Shown one piece after another: positions 45,601 through 59,600 of a stretch of DNA of 64,000 nt. Every line of letters begins with the position of its first letter. Positions within the stretch are counted from its first letter, which is position 1. The DNA lies in assembly GCA_965113315.1 (NCBI GenBank), contig OZ220375.1. One strand, given 5' to 3'. A program made the position numbers and the translations under genes. The notes beneath the pieces are model-generated. The model was not told where the DNA came from. It ran no database searches and saw only the letters and a program-made list of their open reading frames with translations. This DNA comes from Podarcis vaucheri (Eukaryota).

Positions 45601-48600
45601 AATTCAGTTACAGATGGGTAGCCGTGTTGGTCTGCCATAGTCAAAATAAAAAAATTCCTTCCTGTAGCACCTTAAAGACCAACTAAGTTAGTTCTTGGTA
45701 TAAGCTTTCGTGTGCATGCACACTTCTTCAGATACACGATACATGCACACTTCTTCAGACACACTTCTTCAGATACACGTGTATCTGAAGAAGTGTGCAT
45801 GCACACGAAAGCTTATACCAAGAACTAACTTAGTTGGTCTTTAAGGTGCTACAGGAAGGAATTTTTTTATTTTGACTAAAAATTCACAGAGAACACAAAT
45901 ACACACAAGCAAATGTGTTATATTGATAAGAACTTTTCCTCTCTCACTTCTTTTTTAAAACCTTTAGGTCATATATGGTTCTTCACCAGTTATGAATAAA
46001 CAATCTCAAGGAGTTTTCTTCCACCAGATGTTTCCAAATTGGGACCATCAATATAGAGGAATCATCAAGTTACTGCTGCATTTCCAGTGGACGTGGATTG
46101 GAGTGGTTTCTGAGGCTGATGAAAATACAGAAGGTTTTATAGAGAATGTACTTCCACTGTTTTCCCAGAGTGGCATCTGCTTTGACTTCATTGAAACTTT
46201 ACCTAAGCTAACATCTTCCAGTGGTGTCACGGACATGGTGGGGGAGGGCTTTCACGGTGTCAATGTTATTATGGGAAGCACTACGAATGTTGTAGTTGTA
46301 CATGGAGAAATTCAGACGATGATGGTAATGAAAATGATGCCCCAGGTTGTAAAATTTGAGCATATACCAATAAGAACCAAGGGTAAAGTCTGGTTCCTAA
46401 CAGCCCAGATGGATATCACATCATTTCCATTCCAAAGAAATTGGGACATAAGTTTCCTTCATGGTTCTCTTTCCCTTTCCCTTCACTCAGTGAATCTGTT
46501 AGCTTTCCAGAAGTTCCTTCAGATCAAGAACCCAATCACAGAAAAAGAAGATGGTTTAATCAAGGACTTCTGGGAAGAGTCATTTAACTGTTCATTCTCC
46601 AGTTCTGTTACAGATAATATAGGTAGGCAAATTTGCACTGGGGAGGAGAAGATGGAGGCACTTCCTGTGTCTGTTTTTGAAATGAGAATGTCTGCCCATG
46701 GCTACAACATCTACAATGCAGTCTATGCAGTGGCACATGCTTTGCACATCAGACATTCATCCCAATTCAAGCTCAGGGGAATGGCAAAGGGAGTAAGATG
46801 GGAGCTTGCAAATCAACAACCGTGGCAGGTAATGTCCTGAAGGTACTTCCATATATTTGGGGGTGGGGAAATGGGCAAGCTCTTTCAACCTTCTATGGGA
46901 TTAACAAGTTTTTGGACTTTTATTGTTTTAATCAGCTATATAATAATTTAGATCTGATTGTGTATTGCAATTCACTCTGGGATTTATTAGCGTAGAGTGA
47001 GTTTTTAAAAAAAATATTTTGTTTTTTAAAAAAACATATAACCACATTGGGGTTAGGATATCAAAAATTTCTTAAGCATTTCTGTCCTTGCATAGAAACC
47101 TGTCTTATATCAAATACAGACCACTGGTCCATGTAGATCAGTATTGTCTACACTGACTGACAGAAACTCCCCAGCAATTCAGGCAAAAACCGTTCCTGGG
47201 CCTACTTAGAGATGCCTGGGATTGAACCTGGAACCTTCTGCATTCAAGCATGTAAAGGTAACGGTAAAGGGACCCCTGACTATTAGGTCCAGTCGTGACC
47301 GACTCTGGGGTTGCGGCGCTCATCTTGCTTTTTTGGCCAAGGGAGCCAGCGTACAGCTTCCGGGTCATGTGCCCTGCATGACTAAGCCGCTTCTGGCAAA
47401 CCAGAGCAGTTCATGGAAACGCCGTTTACCTTACCTTATCTACTTGCACTTTGATGTGCTTTCAAACTGCTAGGTTGGCAGGAGCAGGGACTGAGCAACA
47501 GGAGCTCACCCCATCGCGGAGATTCAAACTGCTGACCTTCCGATCATCAAGTCCTAGGCTATGTGGTTTGACCCACAGCGCCACCCAAGTCCCATTCAAA
47601 CATGTACTCTACTGCTAAACCAAAGCCCTTCTCCAGGTGCCTTACTGGAAAAAGCAGAGGAGGGTATAACTCCTCATTTTTGCCCATACTAGAAACAGCA
47701 ACAGGACTGCCATCAGTAGCATTGCCAGCCATGATATCTCACCCCATAATAGTTGCATCCATACCACAGACTTAAATCATGGGCACTACAGTCTAAAGGT
47801 AGTAAAGGTATTTTGATAGAAAGACCTAAAGCTCTCTTGATAAGCCTACAATGTGCAAGGCTCTTTAGTGTAAGCCAAGACAGTGGAAGTTAAAGTAGTG
47901 GTGCAGTTGTGGCCAATATTCCATGATGTAGGATTTTATGTGACCTTTTCCTGTTTCTAACATTAGCTTGCACAAAGCTTTCAAGAGATTGTAATCCCAA
48001 GCCTTCCTGTTGCATGCATTTTTACCACATTGTATGATAGCATAGTTTGAACTTTTATATGTATCTTCCTTCTTATTTTCATTATTTAGCTCCATCACAT
48101 TCTCAGAAGTATTTCATTTAACAACACTGCAGGAGAAAAGGTGCATTTTGACCCAAATGGTGAATTAATTGCTGGCTTTGACATTATAAACTGGCTCACG
48201 TTTCCAAATCAGTCCTTTCTTAGAGTCAAAATTGGGAAGATAGACTCCCTGGGTACCCAGGAGAAATCACTCACCATTCATGAGGATGCCATTGTATGGC
48301 CCAACCAATTTAACCAGGTGGGTTCTCTGCACTATTCAGGGTTCATTCCATCACTTGACCAATGATCTAAAAAAAAGGTAGTTCCCTATGTGGCTGTTTC
48401 TCCATATTCTGTAAATATAGTGAGCCCTATTCAAACTACAGCTTTCAATCTGAACATTCATGTTGTAGTTACATATTAATGTGCCACATAATGTTCATTT
48501 TGCACTTTCAAGGAATCATTCATTCAGAGTGGTAGCACTCTGAAACTCCTTTACCATTATATTAGGCATCTTCTTTCACTGTTATTTCGGGGTTGGTTGG

Positions 48601-51289
48601 TTGGTTGGTTGGTTGGTTGGTTGATTGGTTGGTTGGTTGGTTAGCTGAAACCCATTTTTCATTTGTGAAACCTACTCAGCAATGCCAGTGATGGCAGGAC
48701 AAGTAAGTACCATTATCTCTACACATCAACCATTACCACCATTTGGTTCGAGAACTGATGTGATAGATGATAGATGATGGATAGATAGATGATAGATATA
48801 GATATAAATATATATGTTATGGTGGAGGATCTAAAAGCCCACTGCATTTGCAATACTCTCTAGTGTTCACGATATTACCTAAAACATTATATTCTGCCAT
48901 TTATGAACAGACCCAGCCCATTTCTATATGTAATGATCATTGCCGTTCAGGTTATAGTCGGACAAAGAAGGAAGGGAAGCCATTTTGTTGCTATGATTGC
49001 TTCCCATGTCCAGAAGGAAAGATTTCCAACCAGAAAGGTAAGAAAGGTTAAAACATGTTATATATTGACGTATGTATGCCACCTATTTCATAGTTTATTT
49101 TGATCTGGTTATGCATATCAATGTGTCTTTTTTTTTACATAGATTTCCTTGATGTTCAAAACATTGCCCCAATTCACTGGTAATTGATTAGAAATACATT
49201 ATAATTTAACTACAAACCTGCTTTTTATACACTGCTGTATCACTATTTAGTTATGTTTCCAGAGATCCATTTGAATACATAGGAATTCACGTAAACAAGT
49301 ACCACTGATTTCAATGGATCTTCACTAAGCTTGACTAAATCTAAATCTGATCCATTGGCAATTGACTGAAACAAATACTACAGCCTCAGTGGAGAGAAGG
49401 GAAATAATGTTAAGTGGCATTGTGTAATATCTAGGAAGAAAAGACAACTTCACAATGTGAATCTTTACCCACAGAAAATGGCACAAGACCTAGTTTTTTT
49501 GTGAAACTACCGTTATTAGCTACATGGTGAGGCTGTTGAAAATGAGTTTCTTAATTTGCCTGTATGGGTGAGATGGTAGTGACCAAACAGGGGTGGTGAG
49601 ATTAAAATGTGTTTGGGAAAGTGTATTTTAAAACATCAGCAGAACGATGAATATATTTCAGCTTATTAAAGTGTGGACATTTTAATAACAAAAAGAAGTC
49701 AACAACATTAGTTCTGTAGTAATAAATTATGGGTTAAGCACCTGTAGAAAATGTTTTCCATTGTTTTGGGAGTTAATGTGATCCCAAGTCTCCTAGGGTA
49801 TAGGGAGATACAAGAAAGTCACTCAGAGCTGCTAATGAGTCTTGAATTCTTTTATCTGTACATGCTCTCATCTCAGCTAAAGCACCAAGCACCAGACCCA
49901 GGAAACAGAGCCTTTCTATCATTAAAACAAATGTTTCGGTCTGCTTATACCATGAGCCAGAACTTTCTTGTCAAAATCTTTCTTCTATTCCACTCCACAG
50001 CTGATCACCTTTACCATGCACATAGATTCACTGTTAAAATGATCTAAATGAGCTAAAATGAGTAACAGCTGCAGCCTCAGAAAGTGTGGAACCACCAATT
50101 CTAGTCTGCTGAGATTTAATTTGATTCCAACTACTGAAATAGTCTACAAAGTACACAGTTATTTCCATTATTTCCACAGATAAGACATTGAGTCAGGAAT
50201 GGTCAGGTGTGGGGGATACAGGGTGGGGGCAGCGAGCGGGGCCTAGTCTGTGTGGGCCAACAGACACTTCGATGAGTCAAATAGAAAAGTAAAATATAAA
50301 GCAAAAGGACTGTGGAAAACTTCCCTCCTACCACCACTAACTCTTAAAAGTGTACAATGAATATGTTTTCTTTATTTCTTTTTCCAGACATGGATGACTG
50401 TGTTCAATGTCCCGAAGATCAGTACCCAAACATTGGCCAGGATATATGTCTTCCGAAAGATATAAGCTTCCTGTCTCACAGTGAACCTCTGGGGATCAGT
50501 TTGGTCACGTTTGCTCTTTTATTGACTTTCCTTGCAGCTTTGGTGCTTAGGATCTTCATCAAGCACAAAGAGACTCCCATCGTGAAAGCCAACAATCGGA
50601 CCCTCACCTACATTCTCCTTATAGCCCTCATTCTCTCCTTCCTTTGTCCTTTACTATTCATTGGCCAGCCCATAAGAATAACCTGCCTCCTTCGACAAAC
50701 TGCTTTTGCAGTGATCTTCTCAGTAGCAGTGTCTTGCATATTAGCAAAAACAACTATAGTGGTTCTAGCTTTCATGGCTACCAAGCCAGGCTCCAGAATG
50801 AGGAGATGGGTGGGGGGAAATCTGGCCATGTCCATTGTTATTTTCAGTTTCCTCATTCAAATGATGATTTGTGGTGCCTGGCTGATAGTTGCTCCCCCAT
50901 TCCCTGATTTAGACAAGCTCTCGGTGACTAAAGAAATTGTACTTCAATGTAATGAAGGATCAGTCACCATGTTCTACTGTGTCCTAGGCTTCATGGGACT
51001 GCTGGCCCTTGTCAGTTTCACTGCGGCTTTCCTAGCTAGGAAGTTACCAGACAGTTTTAATGAAGCCAAGTTTATCACCTTCAGCATGTTGGTCTTTTGT
51101 AGTGTATGGCTGTCCTTTGTTCCAACCTACTTAAGTACCAAAGGAAAGTACATGGTGGCTGTGGAGATCTTTTCTATTTTGGCCTCTAGTTTTGGGTTAC
51201 TGGGCTGCATCTTCTTTCCCAAATGTTATATCATTTTGGTGAGGCCAGAGTTAAACAGCAGGGGACAGCTTATCATAAGAAAGAATTAA
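42461..51289 (+). CDS. V2R gene F (beta subfamily), intact vomeronasal type-2 receptor, about 876 aa
   Basis: Exons 42461-42681, 44489-44780, 45968-46828, 48090-48317, 48911-49037, 50388-51289; total 2631 nt in frame. Confidence 0.95.
43004..43363 (+). mobile_element. Sauria SINE
   Basis: Near-identical to 7046-7410. Confidence 0.9.
44489..44780 (+). CDS. V2R gene F exon 2
   Basis: 292 bp. Confidence 0.93.
45607..45878. mobile_element. Penelope-like element in inverted-repeat configuration
   Basis: Arms 45638-45738 and 45778-45878 are exact reverse complements; direct repeat actaaaaattca at 45595 and 45875. Confidence 0.8.
45781..45818 (+). ncRNA. Minimal type I hammerhead ribozyme motif (candidate)
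   Basis: gtat-CTGAAGA-a-gtgtg(catg)cacac-GAAAGCTT-atac; mirror copy on the minus strand at 45698-45735. Confidence 0.6.
45968..46828 (+). CDS. V2R gene F exon 3
   Basis: 861 bp. Confidence 0.93.
47252..47593 (-). mobile_element. Sauria SINE nested in an older Squam2-like SINE
   Basis: (aaaggt)n tail at left, head at right; flanks attcaa(g/a)catgta. Confidence 0.85.
48090..48317 (+). CDS. V2R gene F exon 4
   Basis: 228 bp. Confidence 0.92.
48589..48642. repeat. (GGTT)n microsatellite
   Basis: Seen directly. Confidence 0.95.
48911..49037 (+). CDS. V2R gene F exon 5
   Basis: 127 bp. Confidence 0.92.
50388..51289 (+). CDS. V2R gene F exon 6 (7TM)
   Basis: 902 bp open to TAA. Confidence 0.95.
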
Positions 51290-52190
51290 AGCATGAACAA
51301 GTCTATTTGATGTAGCAAATCATAACTGGACTACATCTCCTTATATTCATTTTGCTTATTCTCAGAATGCCTGAACCCAACAAAACTGTTCCCCAAAGCC
51401 AATACAGCAGCCCATGTAGCTGGTCTGCCCAAAAAGTTCTCTGATTAAGGAAAACAGTATCATAAGAGTTTTGGCCCGGTGGTTGCCAAGATGTGTTTAG
51501 TCGTCTTATGCTATGGTCACTTCCAGATTATTCTGAGAATGACCAAAAGGGTCAATTTCTTATTTGGGAGCCTGTTATTCCATTAGTTCATAGATGAGGT
51601 CCCTGTTGCTGCTGGAATCCTCCACCCTATCTATCACACAAAACACTGAGCAATGAATGGTCAATCAGAAGGTCACCTGTGCTTGAAAAAAAATCCAGTA
51701 TGTTTTAAATAATAAAATCTCAGAAACTATTTGCAGCGATTCCCCAAGAGTGTCATTCCATCAGCATGGGCTAGTGGAATGAGGCGCTTGATCCTAGGCC
51801 CAGTACCATGCCAACCCCACCTTTCACAGTGGTCAATAGAGTTGGATTGATTTCACCCAACCCCAGTATTTGTCTTATTTTCACCACTGTCACTGCACCA
51901 GAGAATGTGTCTGCCTGGGCAATTTTATTTGATTCATTAATCAGGTCCAAATCTCATTTCTTTGGCTGCATTGACTGTAATGGGGAATCCAAAAATAAAA
52001 ATAAAAATTCATTTCTGCATAATTGGATGGAATTTGCAGGGAAACAAGCTTTCAGTCAGGCTAAGCCCTAACCTGAGTTTTGGTGTGCTATAGCTAACCC
52101 TCCATCCCAATCCCCGTATAGCTCCACTTTTATGCTTATCTTGCCCAATGCCATTTCCGGGGAAACCAATTCAGTAACTAATTGAGGTTT

Positions 52191-52690
52191 TGTTAGAGAC
52201 TAGACTGAAGAGGAATGGTGGAGACCATCCTCCCCTCCTCCTGAATCTTCCTGAGAAGAGGAGGACAGTATAGATTTACAACAGTAGTTTGCAGAAGGTC
52301 ATAGTTCAGAAGCCACAGAGGGGAGAAGCTGGGAAATATTGGGAGAACTGCAAGAGGAAGAAGAAGCACCAGGCAAGAGACAGCTGGCAGACTCACTGTC
52401 TTTAGAAAGCATTCCTGACCCCCCCCCCTCCCAGGACCCAGCAGGTGTTGAGAGTAGGAGAACAGAAAGCACAGAGGCAGAAAGCACAGATCAGCCGACA
52501 CAGGGATGACATATAATATGAGAGATGGAGGGGGTGGGACTTTACTCAGAGCAACACCATTACTGAAATAGAGGCACCTTTACTAAGCCTTTCACTGTGA
52601 ATATTGAATAAAAGACTGGTAAGAGCTCTTCTTGTTTATCTGCTTCTTGGCTGCCACCATGGGAGGGATCGGATTCCCTGAAGCTTGACA
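52191..52690 (+). mobile_element. Solo LTR, 500 bp
   Basis: TG...CA termini (tgttag...ttgaca), perfect 5-bp TSD ggttt, AATAAA near 52607. Confidence 0.85.
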
Positions 52691-53562
52691 GGTTTGGAGG
52701 GAGGGAATCCTTTGTGGCCCTGTTAATCAGAAATCAAGTATCTCAGTGAGACTTTAACATGGAGACTGGGTGGGCAGCTCACAAGGGGCAAATAGTCAAC
52801 TGTATACATTCGTCCCCCGTACTTAATTTATTTCCTGCCTGAAATCAAGGTGCTGGTTTTGACCTTCAAAGGGACAAGGTTCAAATGCATATGTGGAAGG
52901 TCATTCTTGTTCAATTGAAGCACCTTGTCAACATCATGCCTCCACAACTTGAACTAATCTACCCAATGGTGCTCTTGATACTTCCATGAATCAGATGTGT
53001 TACCCCCAAATGATGTATTATTTCATTGAAACCCAAGTTAATCAGCAAAGTGCCAACTATTACTACTACTACTACTAAAAATATGATACAATACTAACCA
53101 CACATACCTGGGAGTCACCCCCACTTAATTCAGTAGCACTTGCTTCTAAGTAGACATGGTTTGGATTCGCAGTTAATATCACAACCCATACGACATCACA
53201 TACAATGCAGCACTCTCTGTTACAGATCTTGCAGGCTCTATTCCTACCTCCATTCCCCTATCAAATGAGGGATCCAGGATGGAACATTGTTGTGAAAAAT
53301 CCCACCAACAGTTTCATAGGTTTCATGCATAAGACCTCACCACTGTTTGATTGTTATGAACACAGAACTGTCCATTTTTGTCTTTGAGGCTTTTTGAAGA
53401 CAATGCCTCTTGAACTGCTGAAGTTCTATAACCTTCCCTGATACCACCTTATCCACTAGGATTGGGACAGCAACTGGGCAGCTTCCAACCATTATCAGAG
53501 GGGAGAAGTGAAAAGTAAAACAGAGATTTAAAAAAAAAAATTGGAAAGAGGGAAGGCTTGTA

Positions 53563-53789
53563 TAGTAGTGCCTCAGGTTACAAACGCTTCAGGTTACAAA
53601 CTCTGCTAACCTGGAAGAGTTACCTCGAGTTGAGAACTTTGCCCTAGGATGAGAACAGAAATCAGGGGCCGGCGACACAGCAGCAGCAAGAGGCCCCATT
53701 AGTGAAAGCACGCCCCATTAGTGAAAGCACGCTTCAGGTTAAGAATGAACCTCCAGAACAAATTAAGTTCGTAACTAGAGGTACCACTG
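53563..53789. mobile_element. Tc1/mariner MITE
   Basis: Same family as 10892 and 16321; ends gaggtaccactg|ta. Confidence 0.85.
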
Positions 53790-54161
53790 TACTTTACCAG
53801 GAAAGCAATCATGAATAGTCTCTCCCCCACCTCCCTTTTCAATAGTTCCATTTATGTAAAATCGGTGACCAATGAAGTTTTCCATCTGGGTTCCTTCGGA
53901 GATTTCTTTTTTATTATTTATTAAAGATTTCTTAGTTTACAAAAATACATGAATTGTCTCTTTTTTCAAGTTGTGTTTTCTACAGATCAGTTTCATTTGT
54001 TGTGAGACATTAATGTGGCTTTATGAGTTCCTTTCAGCCACATTCTTCTTCCTATTCCAGATTACTATATGAACAATGCTACGTAGAAATAAATATTCAT
54101 GATATTACGTATACATTGATCTTTCCTCATTCTTGCTTTTCATCTGAGTAGGACAAGAAGA

Positions 54162-54494
54162 AACTTTGGCTGAGATGTGATAAACTTGTTTTCTTTTGCA
54201 GCATTCCAGAGAAGCTGCAAGCCACAACAGGAGATTACCTCTTGTATAATTATCAAATTAGTTATTATATTTTTTCCCCACCCCTAAGGAGTTCCAGTGG
54301 CCATATGCAAAACTATGAATCATGTTATTAATAACCCTTGAGCCATTCAGAACTGGTGCTATAGGAACAGAGACCTCTGTCAGTCTGATCTCTGATTCTT
54401 TGCAACACACTGTTCCAGCTTTGCATCAGCAGAGCAAAGCTTGAATGATGGTCCATGAAAGATGAACTGTTGTGTGCTGTGATTTGCTTGCAAG
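54162..54494 (+). promoter_or_regulatory. Putative promoter of V2R gene G
   Basis: gattacctc, TAATTA, cccctaagga 54281-54290, CATATG 54302, TATTAATAA. Confidence 0.55.
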
Positions 54495-54715
54495 ATGGTA
54501 TTAGCTATGGTGCTGGTGTTAGTGTTGCTGCCCCAGCTGTCATGCAAGGTTTCTATTGTTCAGTGTTCACTCAGGGACCCCCTTCCAATTCTTCACCAAT
54601 ATTATCAGTCTGGAGACTATATAATTGCTGCCATTATGTCACAGATCTATATATTTCCAAATACCATAAACTTTGATATGCATCCATCCCAAGACATCTC
54701 TGATGCTGACTTGAT
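54495..54715 (+). CDS. V2R gene G exon 1
   Basis: 221 bp, AT|gtatgt. Confidence 0.85.
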
Positions 54716-56571
54716 GTATGTAAGCAGTTTTGTGTTTCTTTAACCATATCATACACATGTAAGGAATATATTCGCCTTAGACCTCCTCCCCAGCCTCCTC
54801 TCTCATAAGTTTTGGGGCAGATATCAGTGCTATTTTTTTCTAGAAAAAAGGGGTGCTGGAACTCACCATGAACACTCCCTTGTTCTCTTATAATGGTAAT
54901 GGCACCCACCTGAGAGGTGCTGGAACTGAGTTCTGGTGAGTTCCAGCTTGGGGGGGGGAGCCCTGGCAGATCTGATATCTCACCACTGCTTTTGCAGGGT
55001 AGTCCAGGTTTGTATCCTTTCGTTTCCACAAACTTCCCTGGGCAGTGGCCATATGGTCTATTTTTGCACAGTTTCATAGGTAGATATAGAAAGATAGATA
55101 TCCTGATCTGTAGAAGATGTCCTTTGATGCAGTTTGTAGCTCTCATTGCAGGCTAATGACACAGCTCTATCAACACATCCTGGCCTTGGTATTTGCTATA
55201 AAGGAGATAAACAAAAATCCCCAGTTCTTACCTAATGCCACATTGGGATTCCACATCTATAATAGCCATTTCAGAGCATGCCGGACCTATCAAGCCTCAT
55301 TGGAACTACTCTCTAGAAGGGGCAGTTTCATCCCGAATTACAAGTGTGATGTTGAGAACATTCCAGTAGCAGTCATTGGGGGACCTAACTATGAATTATC
55401 TTTCCACATGGCAAATATACTGTGCATGTACAAGATGCCACAAGTAAGATGCATGCATGGAGCATGGGTTATTGTTCTCCTGGACTTTGTATCTTTTGGC
55501 TTCAAGGTGGTGTTTGAACACATATGTGATCCAAAATTCATTTCATAAAATGAAAATAAATCAATCAATCTCCCTGAACATAACACACTAGAATGTCAGT
55601 TCATTTTTGTATCCAGCCTGACATGTTTTCTTTGTAGCCACAAAGTTGATCTCTAAGGTGCTACTGGAAGGAATTTTTTAAATTTGTTTTGACTACGGCA
55701 GACCAACACGGCTACCTACCTATAACTAGATCTTTGTAGCCACAGTTCCATATAGGTCTTTGCACGGACCAAAAAATTGCCTTGTATCTGCACATTTTAT
55801 TTTATTTTTTAAAGCTGATCCATTTCTGAGTCACTCTGTGCTCTCATTTCCAAGTTGCTCTCTGTAAAGAAAAGCTGTAGTTATTCTATTAATTATAATA
55901 GGGAATCTAAAAATGGCTAAAAAAATATTGTTTTCCACTTTTGGTGAAAGTGGATGAAATTTGCATATACAGGAGCCCTTTTAGAGTGGATTAAGCCTGT
56001 CACATTATAGGCAGGGAAATCTGAGATGGGGGTGAGGTGATGCAGGACACCTTTAAATCATGTGTTTTTTTAAGAACAAATGAAAAGTCTGTGGCTTTTA
56101 AATTTTCTGCCAGAATTTGATGCAATGTCAGAGTGGCCATTCAGAGGAGATGGAGCCTGCCCGGTTTCATAGTAATAGGTGCAGTGTGGCAACCTTCCCT
56201 GAATCACCCTATTTCATCCCACAAGTTGGGATAGCAACAAAGCCGATGTACGTTCCTAGCTCCAAATATCCTTAAAAGGTCTCCTGGTCTGCATTTTGGC
56301 ATTAAAAAAGAGGAGAAATCTCTCATTGGGTTTTACACTTTAAATTAATATAGATTATGCAAAGATTCCATAAACTAGAATATGCCAGTCTTGAAATGAA
56401 GTTGCAACTTTTCCTTCTCAGCCCTTCCTAAATTTAAATTCAACCACTCAATGCCACCTGGGGAAATGCTGAACCTGGTGCAATTTTAAATTTAAATCTA
56501 TTGTTGCCTAATACAAAATGTATTTAAGTTACTTCCAAGCACAGTTCAAATAAGAAACTATTACGTTTAAC

Positions 56572-56623
<52 letters not shown>

Positions 56624-59600
56624 CCCCTGACTGTATGTAATACAGAACAACAGTAAGCAAGAGAACTATATTCCCTCAAATGTCTTGGAGAAGACAAACA
56701 CATTAAAATGAGACCAAAAGGATCCTAATGTTGGTGCCAAGCAGGCATCTCTATGGAAAAGGGACTAAAACCAAAACAACCTTTTTCTTGTCAGCACCCT
56801 CTAAACCTCCAGGCCACCTGGGTAAGGGCTTCAGGAGACGACTATAGGGGACAAGTAAGCTAAAATCAGGAGAAGTGTACCATTAGGTCTTGAGGATATA
56901 GCTGTATGCCTTTCATATGTGTATTTTTTTTAAAAAAAAATGCACATTTATAAATAATTGTTTAATGCCCTTGGTTAACAAGAATCGAAGCTAATTGAAA
57001 TCTGGATTCAATTTTATTTAGTGTTTGCTTCACACCCTTCCTTCCTTCCTTCCTTCCTTCCTTCCTTCCTTCCTTCCTTCCTTCCTTCCTTTTTTTCAAA
57101 AAAAACCTGCACCTTAAGCTCCTCTATGGCTCTTCTCCTGTGATGAATAACAAAGCTCAAAACGTCTTCTTCCATCGAATGTTTCCTGTTGTGGCTCTTC
57201 AATATCAGGGTATTCTCCAGTTACTGCTACATTTCAGCTGGATGTGGATTGGGCTGATTTCGCAAGATGACGACAGCTCAGAGAGATTTGTCCAAAACAT
57301 TCTCCCCATGTTTGCCGAAAGAGGTATCTGCTTTGACTTTATAGAAAGATTCCCCAAACCTACATTTTCTGCTCACTTCTCTGATATGGTGGATGAGGGT
57401 TCTGAAGTTATCAGTGTTGTTCTGGGGAGCACTGCGAATGTTGTGGTTGTAGATGGTGAAGTTCATGCCATTATGGCAATGAGAATGATGCCTGCGCTTG
57501 CAGAAATCGAGGGCATACAAGTGCAATTCAAGGCAAAAGTCTGGATTATGACAGCCCAGATGGATTTCACTTCGTTCTCCTTCCAAAGGGATCGAGACAT
57601 AAATTTACTACATGGTGCTCTGTCCTTTGCAATTCACTCAAGGGATCTTCTAGCATTCCAGAAATTTCTTCAGAGGAGAAACCCCATTACAGAAAAAGAA
57701 GATGGCTTTATCAGGGTCTTCTGGGAAGAGGCATTTATCTGTTCTTTTCCCCAGAGACATTTAGATGATGAACGTGGGGAAACCTGTACTGGCAAAGAGA
57801 AGCTGGATACTCTTCCTGGATCTGTTTTTGAAATGAGCATGACTGCCCATAGTTACAGCATCTACAATGCTCTATATGCAGTCGCACATGCTTTGCATTC
57901 CACCCATTCATCCAAACACAGAGCAATGGTCGGTGATGAGAAATGGGAGATTCTATATCAAGAGCCATGGCAGGTAAACTCTCTCTCATTATTAACATTC
58001 AGGGCAAATTAAAAGAAAAATCCTGCTCACCCAGGCATTTGATGGTTGAAATTTACTGTTCCCAGCAGCCTTGATATTATTAGCTGTGAGGATATGTGGC
58101 TGGTTTTGTTTTTATTAATAATAAATAAATAAATATAATAAATGTTATTATTATTTTAAATCTGAATTGTTTTAAAATGTTTTAAATATGACTTTATTTT
58201 CTTTTTAACTGTATTTTACCTCTTTGGTTTTTCCCCTACCCTGGTTTCTTTTGAGAGCGAGGATTTGAAAAACTTTTAATTTTAATAATAATAAGAATGA
58301 TTTGTTACTGCATGGCATGATTCATCTAGAATATTCTTTTATGCCTTATGCTTATGTGCTTTTTTGTTTTTTTTTTTAAAAAATGTTCCATACATGGTTT
58401 CCTATTTTGGGGTGCAATTCTTTCATCTCTGGTGGTGGTTGTTATAGATTTATTTTGTGTCAGTTCGTTTTATGACTTTGCATTATGTAAACTGCATTGG
58501 GTGTCCTGCACTGACTGGCTAGGTTGGAATCAGTTCGTTTTATGACTTTGTATTATGTAAAGTGCCTTGGGTGTCCTACACTGACTGACTAGGTTGAAAT
58601 CAAAAATAATATGCAATAAACAAACAAACAAACAAACAAACAGTTTTTACAGTTACTAAGATTCTTCTCCATGAATAAATTTAAAGGGACAATTACTCAG
58701 TGTGAAACATATCACCCTACTGTTTATTTATGTATGTTCATGCATCCTCATGAATTCCTTCCCTCAATTTAGCTCCACCACTTACTGAGAGGTGCCTCAT
58801 TTAACAATGGTGCTGGGGAAGAGTTTTCCTTTGACCAAAATGGTGAACTAGAAGATGGCTTTGATATTATCAACTGGGTCACATTCCCAAATCAATCATT
58901 TCTTAGAGTCAAAGTTGGTACAATGAACCCACAGATTACCCCAGACAACAGGTTCAACATTCATGATTATGTCATTGTATGGCCCAGCAGGTTCAACCAG
59001 GTAAGGCCAATTTCTGGGTGTCTCCAGACTTTTCCTCCATGCTAAAAAAATTGATTCACTGTGATACGTTGAAATACATTCCTCAAGGTAAAACTAGATG
59101 TGACAGGGAAGGTGTGATATCATTGCACTGATCTAAATAATATATTTAAGGAGCTATAACCAGAAGCAGCTCATCAGGTGGGACCAAGCTGCTATCCTAG
59201 CTTCTCAGAAGGTGGTTTGCTGTTCCATATCTGGATGGAGAGAGGCAGGGTCAGCTGCATTATCAAAAGCACTGGATTGGCTCCACTGCTATATTTGCAC
59301 TGCACACATCACTCCACAGTTTTGTCTGGGGTGAACTGTAGTCTAGCAGTAGAGCATTTGCTACACATGCAGAAGGACCCAGGTTCAATCCGCAGCATAT
59401 CCAGGTCAGGTACAGAAGGAACTCTACCTGAAATTTTGCAAAGTTGCTGCCATAAGTGCAGACAATATAGATCTAGATGTCTTCTTCTTCTTTGGCGATC
59501 ACTCATAGCTAACTAAGATTGTCTTCCATAAACACAGTTTTAACAGTGAGTCCAGAAGTGACTGTGGAGGCCAATTCTGGATCCTCACGCCCTTCCACAG

